Notes under the pieces: model-generated
What the model was told of the DNA's origin: nothing
Seen by the model: only the letters and a program-made list of their open reading frames with translations
Databases searched by the model: none
Program-made: the position numbers and the translations under genes
Source: Candidatus Manganitrophus morganii
GTDB taxonomy: Bacteria > Nitrospirota > Nitrospiria > SBBL01 > Manganitrophaceae
Reading direction: 5' to 3'
Assembly (NCBI GenBank): GCA_021651055.1
Contig: JAJHOH010000001.1
Span: 4,207,059 to 4,231,058, forward strand
Length of the DNA stretch: 24,000 bases
Shown here: one piece after another, positions 1 to 7,229 of the stretch
Numbering within the stretch: the first letter of the stretch is position 1
How the letters are laid out: each line of letters opens with the position of its first letter

Positions 1-242
1 AATTTTCCGGCGGTCAAATCTCGGACCATGTTTTTGTGCTGCTCCTTCATGAGCTCTTTGACCACCTCTTGATAAGAAGGAGATTGAAGGATTTCTGCAT
101 AGTTCGTCTTTTTGGATGAAAAGATCGCCCCCCCTTTAAAAAGCAAGGTCGTGATAATCGGATTGTTTGTTCCCCCGTCTTCCGTTTGAACGTGATACAC
201 TTCGCCCTTGAATTGAATATCGGTATTAATTCCGCTTAACAT
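1..242 (-). CDS. hypothetical protein, N-terminal 80 codons only (continues past the left edge)
   Basis: Absent from the ORF track because there is no stop in-window. The reverse complement of 1..242 reads ATG (242..240) followed by 79 stop-free codons: MLSGINTDIQFKGEVYHVQTEDGGTNNPIITTLLFKGGAIFSSKKTNYAEILQSPSYQEVVKELMKEQHKNMVRDLTAGK. The ATG lies in the string ATGTTAA, which also contains the stop of the upstream yraN-like gene (238..236), so the junction looks coupled. No family recognised. Confidence 0.5.
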   Translation of the reverse strand, partial: MLSGINTDIQFKGEVYHVQTEDGGTNNPIITTLLFKGGAIFSSKKTNYAEILQSPSYQEVVKELMKEQHKNMVRDLTAGK

Positions 243-604
243 CCTCTTCCCGTTTCCTGTCCTTCGAAGGCGTCTTTTAAATGTTCGATCGAGGTCGCTC
301 CGTTCGGGTTGCGGATAATTCCTACGACGTCGAATCGGCATTCAGACGGAGCGATTTGCTTTCGGCTGAGATAAGCGAGGGCAACCCGACTCATCTTGGC
401 CTGCTTTCTCGCGTCCACGGCGAATTGCGGCGCGCCGAAGCGGTCTCCGGAGCGGGCTTTGACCTCGACGAAGACCAGAATTTTCCCGTCGAGCGCAACG
501 ATATCGATTTCTCCTAAAACGTTTCTGAAGTTCCGCTCCAGAATCCGATAGCCCATCTTTCGCAAAAATTCCGCCGCGATCTTCTCCCCTTCCGCCCCCG
601 TCAC
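236..604 (-). CDS. yraN: YraN family (UPF0102) endonuclease-like protein
   Basis: The translation contains GEKIAAEFLRKMGYRILERNFRNVLGEIDIVALDGKILVFVEVKAR and RFDVVGI, typical of YraN/UPF0102. The ORF track starts at ATG 643, which would overlap rnhB by 43 nt. An in-frame GTG at 604..602 overlaps the rnhB stop as GTGA and gives a family-typical length of about 122 aa, so I prefer 604. Confidence 0.8.
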   Translation of the reverse strand: MTGAEGEKIAAEFLRKMGYRILERNFRNVLGEIDIVALDGKILVFVEVKARSGDRFGAPQFAVDARKQAKMSRVALAYLSRKQIAPSECRFDVVGIIRNPNGATSIEHLKDAFEGQETGRGC

Positions 605-1251
605 GAGAGAACGCCTCGAAATGTTTTCCGATGAATTCGACAAGGTCCAAACGTCCGTAATTTTCGAAGATGTTCTTCCGTCCCATAACCTTTATGGGAG
701 AGAAAATTGTACTCCGGAAAGTCCCGATGGTACTCCGTCATCAGACGATCCCGCGTGACCTTGGCGATAATCGAAGCGGCTGCGATCGTGATGGAGAGAT
801 TGTCGCCGCGAATAATTCCCCTCTGTGGAAGGTTGATCCGGGATAGGGTCAAGGCGTCGATGAGGAGGTGGTCCGGTTGAACGGAAAGGTTTCGTACGCT
901 CGATTCCATTGCCAAGTAGGTCGCTTGCAAAATATTAATCTCATCGATGGTGGTGTGGTCGACGACGCCTATTCCAATGGCGACCGCCTCCAAGGAGATT
1001 TTATCATAAAGCGTCTCGCGCTGTTTTTCTGTCAGTAGTTTTGAATCGCGTATTCCGGCGGCAGTGTATCCCGAGGGTAAAATCACGGCCGCGGCAACGA
1101 CCGGCCCGGCCAGGGGGCCTCGTCCCGCCTCATCGATACCGCAAATCATTTGATAGCCGTAGGAAGAGAGCGACCTCTCAAAGAGAGTCATTCCAAACAG
1201 GCGATGCGCTTCTTCCGTTTTCAGAGGCGTCATGCGTCGAAACCAACCCAA
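601..1251 (-). CDS. rnhB: ribonuclease HII
   Basis: ICGIDEAGRGPLAGPVVAAAV (DEAGRG catalytic motif), SKLLTEKQRE, IIAKVTRD and HRKTF are RNase HII hallmarks. The position after rplS is conserved in many bacteria. The start is uncertain: in-frame ATGs at 1251, 1233 and 1191. Confidence 0.9.
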   Translation of the reverse strand: MGWFRRMTPLKTEEAHRLFGMTLFERSLSSYGYQMICGIDEAGRGPLAGPVVAAAVILPSGYTAAGIRDSKLLTEKQRETLYDKISLEAVAIGIGVVDHTTIDEINILQATYLAMESSVRNLSVQPDHLLIDALTLSRINLPQRGIIRGDNLSITIAAASIIAKVTRDRLMTEYHRDFPEYNFLSHKGYGTEEHLRKLRTFGPCRIHRKTFRGVLS

Positions 1252-1397
1252 GGAGTGAGATCGAGATCTTGCCGGAAATGGTGTGACCGACGGATCGTAA
1301 ATAGGCGAGAGCGCGTTTCCTTATTTCAGTGAACCGCTTCCTCCTCATTAGGAAGGAAGGGCGGTCACCGAAAATCAGGAAACCGATTCAGGGCGAA

Positions 1398-1808
1398 TTA
1401 AGATTCCACCTTCACGGGCTGCGGCTCTTCGACGGGGGAGGTCGTCTTCGGTTCCGATGGATACGATCTTTCCCGCTCACTGATACGGGCGGCTTGCCCT
1501 GTTCTTTCTCTCAGATAGTAGAGTTTCGCCCGGTTCACCTTCCCCTCGCGAACGACATCGATCTGGGTGATATAGGGAGAGTGAATCGGAAAGACCCGTT
1601 CAACGCCGACGCCGTACGATACCTTCCGGACGGTGAAGGTCTCACGGTTACGGGTTCCCTTCTTTCTGATGACCACCCCTTCATAAACCTGAATACGCTC
1701 CTTTTCGCCCTCGATAATCTTGACATGAACTCTTACGGTCGCCCCGATTTTAATGTCCGGGACCGACTGCTTTAAAAGTCCTCTTTCCAACCGCTCTAAC
1801 CGATTCAT
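1398..1808 (-). CDS. rplS: 50S ribosomal protein L19 (with a C-terminal extension of about 20 aa)
   Basis: [47 protein letters not shown]...[20 protein letters not shown]...YYLRERTG is canonical L19. The tail [23 protein letters not shown] extends beyond the usual end of the family. Confidence 0.95.
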   Translation of the reverse strand: MNRLERLERGLLKQSVPDIKIGATVRVHVKIIEGEKERIQVYEGVVIRKKGTRNRETFTVRKVSYGVGVERVFPIHSPYITQIDVVREGKVNRAKLYYLRERTGQAARISERERSYPSEPKTTSPVEEPQPVKVES

Positions 1809-1831
1809 TGAAGTTGATCTCCTTTTTCAGT

Positions 1832-2578
1832 TCAAGAGTGAGATTTAACCGTGTCGTACTGCCGATCGACCCATTCCTTTTCATCTTCGGTTAAAGAGGC
1901 AGCTGCCAACAAATCAGGCCGTTTCCGAAGGGTATTGAGAAGGGCTTGCTGTTTCCGCCAGGTTCGGATCGCCTTGTGATTTCCGGAGAGAAGGATATCC
2001 GGAACCCGAAGCCCACGAAACTCCACTGGACGCGTGTACTGAGGATATTCTAGAAGAGAAGAGGCAAAGGATTCCTCTTCGAGGGAGGCAGGCTCCCCTA
2101 AGACCCCCGGGATTAATCTTGCGGCCGCGTCGATCATCACCAACGAGGCCAATTCTCCCCCGGTGAGGATATAGTCGCCGATCGAGACTTCTTCGACCGT
2201 CATTCCCTCTTTTACCCGGGCATCAATCCCTTCATAATGCCCGCAGATAAAAACAAGGCTTTGCTCTTCTTTTGAGAATGCAGAGGCCATTTTCTGATCG
2301 AACCGTTTTCCTTGGGGAGAAGGCATGATGATTCGCGTCTCCCCCCGCTCCCGGCGGATTTTTTCTACAACAGCGAAAATCGGCTCCGGTTTAAGAACCA
2401 TTCCCGGGCCGCCGCCATACGGAACATCGTCGGTCGTCTGATGTTTATCCGTCGCATAGTCGCGCAGTTGATGGACGCCGATTTCCAGAAGACGGCGCTC
2501 CTGCGCCCGTTTCAAGATGCTCTCGTGTAACGCCGGAGCGACCATCCCGGGAAAAAGCGTTATTATATCACACTTCAT
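1832..2578 (-). CDS. trmD: tRNA (guanine37-N1)-methyltransferase
   Basis: MKCDIITLFPGM, YGGGPGMVLKPEP, ICGHYEGIDARV, SIGDYILTGGE and LLSGNHKAI are TrmD motifs. The ORF track begins at a TTG (2581). The ATG at 2578..2576 gives the family-typical N-terminus and overlaps the rimM stop as TGATG. Confidence 0.95.
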   Translation of the reverse strand: MKCDIITLFPGMVAPALHESILKRAQERRLLEIGVHQLRDYATDKHQTTDDVPYGGGPGMVLKPEPIFAVVEKIRRERGETRIIMPSPQGKRFDQKMASAFSKEEQSLVFICGHYEGIDARVKEGMTVEEVSIGDYILTGGELASLVMIDAAARLIPGVLGEPASLEEESFASSLLEYPQYTRPVEFRGLRVPDILLSGNHKAIRTWRKQQALLNTLRKRPDLLAAASLTEDEKEWVDRQYDTVKSHS

Positions 2579-3090
2579 CAAAGTTCAAGCAACCCTTGCA
2601 TGGGGCGGATCGTCATCCGCCTCTCAGGCAAATTGATTTCTATTACGACGGAGGCGAGGGCAGGGATCAGAAACTCCTTGCCTTCCTCCTTTACGACATA
2701 AATGTCGTTGCTGCCGGTTTCCATAATAGACTCGATCCTTCCGAGCCGGGCACCATTTTCCAGATAGACGTCGAGGCCTATAATTTCAAATTGATAATAA
2801 CTCCCTTCCGGAAGCGGCATGCGATCTTCCTCGGGAATGAGGATGGATCCTCCTGCCAATAATTGAGCTTCTTCCAAGGAAGAAAGGCCGGCCAACTTAA
2901 TGTAGATGAAGGGAGACGCGTACCGTACCTGCTCGATACGATATGTTTGCGATTGCCCCCCCTTCTTCTGAATCGTGATATCCCGAAGCTGTCTAAAGCG
3001 CTGAGGAAAATGGGTCAGGGGAGAAACCTTCAACTCCCCCTGAAGACCGACCGATTTCAGTATGGTTCCAATCGCAATCGACATTTTCAA
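2578..3090 (-). CDS. rimM: 16S rRNA processing protein RimM
   Basis: N-terminal IGTILKSVGLQGELKV (the RimM GxxGxxKV signature) and a C-terminal PRC-barrel-like region EFLIPALASVVIEINLPERRMTI. Sits in the canonical position between rpsP/KH and trmD. Confidence 0.9.
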   Translation of the reverse strand: MKMSIAIGTILKSVGLQGELKVSPLTHFPQRFRQLRDITIQKKGGQSQTYRIEQVRYASPFIYIKLAGLSSLEEAQLLAGGSILIPEEDRMPLPEGSYYQFEIIGLDVYLENGARLGRIESIMETGSNDIYVVKEEGKEFLIPALASVVIEINLPERRMTIRPMQGLLEL

Positions 3091-3095
3091 ACATG

Positions 3096-3326
3096 TTATT
3101 CTAGGATCTCAAGAACGCAGCGTTTGCCGATCTTTGTCCCTGCCGCATTGAGGATCGTCCTCATGGCTCTCGCTGTTCTGCCTTGTTTGCCGATGACCTT
3201 GCCCAAATCTTCTTGGGCAACGCGCAACTCAATAATCGTCGTTTTTTCCCCTTCGGTCTCTTTAACAACCACATTCTCAGGTCGATCAACAAGCGACTTT
3301 GCGATGTACTCGATCAACTCTTTCAT
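3096..3326 (-). CDS. KH-domain RNA-binding protein (YlqC/UPF0109 family)
   Basis: [23 protein letters not shown]...[26 protein letters not shown] carries the KH GxxG loop (GKQG). The start moves from the track's 3347 to ATG 3326, because GGAGG (3339..3335) lies 8 nt upstream and [10 protein letters not shown] is the usual family N-terminus. Confidence 0.85.
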   Translation of the reverse strand: MKELIEYIAKSLVDRPENVVVKETEGEKTTIIELRVAQEDLGKVIGKQGRTARAMRTILNAAGTKIGKRCVLEILE

Positions 3327-3414
3327 CGACGCTACCTCCATTTGCATTCACAGGCGACACAGGAATCTGCGCCAAGAACGACTCCTCGGCGCACGACATT
3401 ACTCTACCCGCGAT

Positions 3415-3684
3415 CTAACTCGCTTTCGACTCTTTCGCTTTTTTAAATAACTGGGCCTTTGTAAAAAGGGTTCTGACCGTCTCGGAAACCTCGGCCCCCT
3501 TTTTTAGCCATCCAATCGCTTTTTCTTCCTTGATGTTCACCCCTTCTTTGTCGGCCAAGGGATCATAGGTTCCTAAAATCTCGATAAATCGTCCGTCTCT
3601 TGGAGATTGAGAGTCGGCAACAATAATCCGATAGAAAGGCCGTTTATGTCGCCCCATCCGGGTTAATCTGATCTTAACTGCCAC
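3415..3684 (-). CDS. rpsP: 30S ribosomal protein S16
   Basis: (M)AVKIRLTRMGRHKRPFYRIIVADSQSPRDGRFIEILGTYDP is canonical S16. GTG start with AAAGGGG 6 nt upstream. Confidence 0.95.
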   Translation of the reverse strand: MAVKIRLTRMGRHKRPFYRIIVADSQSPRDGRFIEILGTYDPLADKEGVNIKEEKAIGWLKKGAEVSETVRTLFTKAQLFKKAKESKAS

Positions 3685-3768
3685 GTATCGCCCCTTTATT
3701 GTGTGAGGTTATTCTCGCCTCGTTGTTTAAAAATCGCTCAAACGATTCACAGCCTGCCGTCTGAACTC

Positions 3769-5100
3769 TCACTTGAATCGCGCCAGCATTTGCCCCAATC
3801 CTTTTTTACCGCCGGAAAAACGCTTCATCATTTTCTTCGCTTCATAGAACTGCTTTAAGAGTTTATTGACTTCCTGGACGGAGGTTCCGCTCCCCTTCGC
3901 GATTCTTTTTCTCTTGCTTCCGTTGATGGTTCCGGGATCATTGCGTTCACGAGGGGTCATCGAGGAAATGATCGCCTCAATGTGGCGCATCTCTTTGTCG
4001 ATCTGCCCTTGCTCAGGGAGATCTTTCACGCTTTGCATCCCCGGAATCATCTCCAAGATTTTTTCAAGGCTTCCCAGTTTTTTGATCTGCTTCATCTGTT
4101 GGCGGAAATCTTCCAATGTGAACTGTTGAGAGCGAAGCTTTTCCTGAAGGACCTCCGCCTGTTCTTTCGAGTAGTTCTCCTCTGCGAGTTCAATGAGAGA
4201 GAGAACATCTCCCATGCCGAGGATTCGAGAGGCCATTCGATCGGGATGAAACGGCTCGAACGCATCCAGCTTCTCTCCGGTTCCGATAAATTTAACCGGG
4301 GCGCCCGTGGCGGAGCGCATCGATAATATTGCGCCCCCTCTGGCATCTCCCTCCGTTTTGGTCAAAATGATTCCGGTGAGACCGAGCCGCTTATGAAAAG
4401 TATCTGCAACGTTGACCGCATTTTGTCCTGTCATCGCATCGGCAATGAAGAGGATTTCATGCGGGAGCACTTTTGATTTGATTCGGACCAACTCCTCCAT
4501 TAGCGGCTCATCGACCTGGAGCCGGCCGGCCGTATCGATGATCACCAGGTCAAATCCCTGCTCTCTTCCTTGCGCGACGGCTCTCGTGATGACATCGACC
4601 GGATCATTTTCGGATTGGGGAGCCGCAACCTGCACTTCAATATTTTTCCCCAAAATCTGAAGCTGATCCACCGCCGCCGGCCGCTGAAGGTCAGCCGCAA
4701 CGAGAAGGACCCTTTTCCCTTGTCTCTTATAAAGCCGTGCCAGCTTTCCGGCGGTGGTTGTTTTTCCGGAACCCTGTAAACCGACCAGCATGATCAGGGT
4801 CGGCGGTTGAGCGGCCAGTGAGATTCCGACCCCCTTTTCTCCCATCAGGTTGGTCAGCTCTTCCCAGACAACCTTCACGACCTGTTGTCCGGGGGAGAGG
4901 CTCTCTAAGACCTCTTTTCCGACTGCCTTTGCACGGACCGATTCGTTGAAGGTTTTGACGATCTTGAAGTGAACGTCCGCTTCCAATAATGCAAGCCGAA
5001 CTTCCTTCAAGGCTTCATCAATATTTTCTTCGGTGAGAAGCCCTTTTCCGCGGACATTTTTGAGGACGGAGTCGAGCCGTTTTGTTAAATTTTCCAACAT
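3769..5100 (-). CDS. ffh: signal recognition particle protein Ffh
   Basis: N-terminal MLENLTKRL, GTPase motifs GLQGSGKTTT, DTAGRL and TKTEGDARGG, plus a Met-rich C-terminal M domain (MIPGM, SSMTPRER, KRIAKGSG). Confidence 0.97.
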   Translation of the reverse strand: MLENLTKRLDSVLKNVRGKGLLTEENIDEALKEVRLALLEADVHFKIVKTFNESVRAKAVGKEVLESLSPGQQVVKVVWEELTNLMGEKGVGISLAAQPPTLIMLVGLQGSGKTTTAGKLARLYKRQGKRVLLVAADLQRPAAVDQLQILGKNIEVQVAAPQSENDPVDVITRAVAQGREQGFDLVIIDTAGRLQVDEPLMEELVRIKSKVLPHEILFIADAMTGQNAVNVADTFHKRLGLTGIILTKTEGDARGGAILSMRSATGAPVKFIGTGEKLDAFEPFHPDRMASRILGMGDVLSLIELAEENYSKEQAEVLQEKLRSQQFTLEDFRQQMKQIKKLGSLEKILEMIPGMQSVKDLPEQGQIDKEMRHIEAIISSMTPRERNDPGTINGSKRKRIAKGSGTSVQEVNKLLKQFYEAKKMMKRFSGGKKGLGQMLARFK

Positions 5101-5163
5101 GATACAGTTATTCCCCGCTGGACAAAAAAATTTTTACCATTATAAAGAGGTCAACCAGGCAAG

Positions 5164-6270
5164 TCAAGACAATAAAAGCCGCTTGATCTGATCGACCACA
5201 TAGATTTTTTGATCCATTGTCAGCTCCGGATAAATGGGGAGCGCAATCGTTTCATGTGCGGCCCGCTCCGATTCAGGAAAAGCTCCTTCTGAATATCCTA
5301 AATATTTAAAGCAGCCCTGTAGGTGAAGCGGCACAGGATAATAGATTTCCGTCCCGATCCCCTTCTCTTTCAAATAGTTTAAGAGCTGATCCCGCTGGGA
5401 TACTCGAATAACATATTGATTATAAATTGATTTGTTGTGAGATTCAACATGGGGGACAACCACATTGCCCAGGGAGCCGAGGTGTTTATTGTAGAATTCG
5501 GCATTTTCGCGCCGTTTCTGGCTCCACCCTTCAAGATGACGGAGCTTTACCGAGAGGACCACCGCCTGGACCGAATCGAGGCGGCTATTGCAGCCGATGA
5601 CCTGATGGTAATATTTCGGCTGGCTTCCATGGACCCTGAGGATTTTAATCTTTTCAGCCAAGTGCCCGTCTTGGGTCAGGATCATCCCCCCGTCCCCCGC
5701 CCCGCCGAGGTTTTTTGACGGGAAAAAGGAGAGGCAGCCGAACGCGCCCATTGAGCCGGCTTGCCGTCCTTTATACGTCGCGCCGATCGACTGGGCCGCA
5801 TCCTCAACAATTGGAATATGTCTCCGTTCTGCGATCTCTAGAATCGGATCCATATCGGCGCATTGGCCATAAAGATGAACGGGAATGATCGCCTTGGTCC
5901 GAGGGGTGATTTTCCCTTCGATCAGGGAGGAATCGATATTATAGGTCTTCGGGTCGATATCGACAAAAACAGGCGTGGCCTGGAGCCGAGCAATTGAGCC
6001 GGCGGTGGCAAAGAATGTATAGGGGGTGGTGATCACCTCATCACCGGGTCCCACGCCCAGGGCCATCAGGGCCAGCAAGAGGGCGTCCGATCCGGAGGCG
6101 ACGCCGATCGCGTGCCGGACTTGGCAATGTGCCGCAATCTCCTCTTCAAGTTTTGTGACGGAGGGGCCGAGGATAAATTGCTGACTTTCAAAAACCTCCT
6201 GAACCGCTTTCTGAATATCCGGTCGGATAGTATGATACTGTGCGACTAAATCAAGCAAAGGGACGCGCAT
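5164..6270 (-). CDS. DegT/DnrJ/EryC1/StrS family PLP-dependent sugar aminotransferase
   Basis: [48 protein letters not shown], the [10 protein letters not shown]-like motif [16 protein letters not shown] (PLP lysine) and [12 protein letters not shown] are family signatures. Confidence 0.9.
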   Translation of the reverse strand: MRVPLLDLVAQYHTIRPDIQKAVQEVFESQQFILGPSVTKLEEEIAAHCQVRHAIGVASGSDALLLALMALGVGPGDEVITTPYTFFATAGSIARLQATPVFVDIDPKTYNIDSSLIEGKITPRTKAIIPVHLYGQCADMDPILEIAERRHIPIVEDAAQSIGATYKGRQAGSMGAFGCLSFFPSKNLGGAGDGGMILTQDGHLAEKIKILRVHGSQPKYYHQVIGCNSRLDSVQAVVLSVKLRHLEGWSQKRRENAEFYNKHLGSLGNVVVPHVESHNKSIYNQYVIRVSQRDQLLNYLKEKGIGTEIYYPVPLHLQGCFKYLGYSEGAFPESERAAHETIALPIYPELTMDQKIYVVDQIKRLLLS

Positions 6271-6389
6271 CTTCTACACCTTTCATCAGAGAGGTTTAAA
6301 TTGTTTGTGTATCGGTTCTGGTGTTTATCGTAAATCAGGATCGGTAAATGTCGTTTCCCAAAAAAGGCGGGTTGTTTCTAACGTCCTTT

Positions 6390-7223
6390 TTAGACGGGGT
6401 CTTTTCCCGTTCCGACGAGTTTGAGATCGGAAATCACTTCCTTAATCATCTCTTCGTCAATTCGATCTTTCTTTCGGAGATATCCTTCCAGAAGGGCATT
6501 GTCGCAAATGCTGTTGATCAATCGAGGGATTCCTTCCGAGAACTGGTGGATGGTGGTTAATGAACCCTTCGTGAAGAGCTCCCTCTTCGCGCCCGCGACC
6601 TCAAGACGGTACCGAATATACTCTTCCGTCGTTTTTTCCGTAAATGATTCCAATTCATAACGGACCGCGATCCGCTGCTGAAGCGGTTTATCCAGAGCCA
6701 GATAGGTATCCAAATCGGTCAACCCGAAAAAGATAAAGGTAATGAGTTTTTGTCCATCGAGCTCAATATTCAGAATCCCTCTGAACTCTTCCATCACCTC
6801 CCGGCGTTGGAGCATCTGCGCTTCATCGATGAGGACAACCGCTTTTTTCCCTGAATCATAAATCTCTACGAGACGATTGTAAAGCTGGCTCAACAGCTCT
6901 GTCTTGTCGTCTAACGGGTTTTGTACCCCCAATTGGACGGCGATTTTCCTCAGAAGCCATTCCGAAGTGATGGAAGTATGAATCACGACAAGCAATGCCG
7001 ATTCGAACGTGGATTCTTCAAGCTCGTCGAGCATCCGGCGCGCCAGCGTTGTTTTGCCGGTTCCCACCCCTCCCACCAGAACGGCGAGCCCTTTCCTCTC
7101 TTCAGCCGCATATCGAAGTTTGACCAAGGCATGCGCGTGCTGATTGCTGTTGAAGTAGAATCGATTATCAACGGAAATCGAGAAAGGCTGTTCCTTTAAA
7201 TTATAAAATTCAAGATAACTCAT
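6390..7223 (-). CDS. ExeA/GspA/MshM-like AAA+ ATPase (277 aa, no TM segment and no peptidoglycan-binding domain)
   Basis: N-terminal FYNLKEQPFSISVDNRFYFNSNQHAHAL is the typical ExeA-type lead-in. Walker A GGVGTGKTTL and Walker B VVLIDEAQ are present, followed by GQKLITFIFFG...RIAVRYEL. The start lies 6 nt after the stop of the upstream TPR gene. Confidence 0.85.
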   Translation of the reverse strand: MSYLEFYNLKEQPFSISVDNRFYFNSNQHAHALVKLRYAAEERKGLAVLVGGVGTGKTTLARRMLDELEESTFESALLVVIHTSITSEWLLRKIAVQLGVQNPLDDKTELLSQLYNRLVEIYDSGKKAVVLIDEAQMLQRREVMEEFRGILNIELDGQKLITFIFFGLTDLDTYLALDKPLQQRIAVRYELESFTEKTTEEYIRYRLEVAGAKRELFTKGSLTTIHQFSEGIPRLINSICDNALLEGYLRKKDRIDEEMIKEVISDLKLVGTGKDPV

Positions 7224-7229
7224 CGTTAT

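Noticed and set aside
605-643. ATG at 643 as the yraN start, as given in the ORF track
   Set aside because: It would add about 13 non-conserved residues and overlap rnhB by 43 nt. The GTG at 604 forms a GTGA start/stop overlap and gives a family-typical length. The 643 start is not excluded, only less likely.
2863-3450. 195-aa plus-strand ORF overlapping rimM, the KH gene and the rpsP 3' end
   Set aside because: It is antisense to three conserved genes of a universally conserved cluster, and its translation is featureless.
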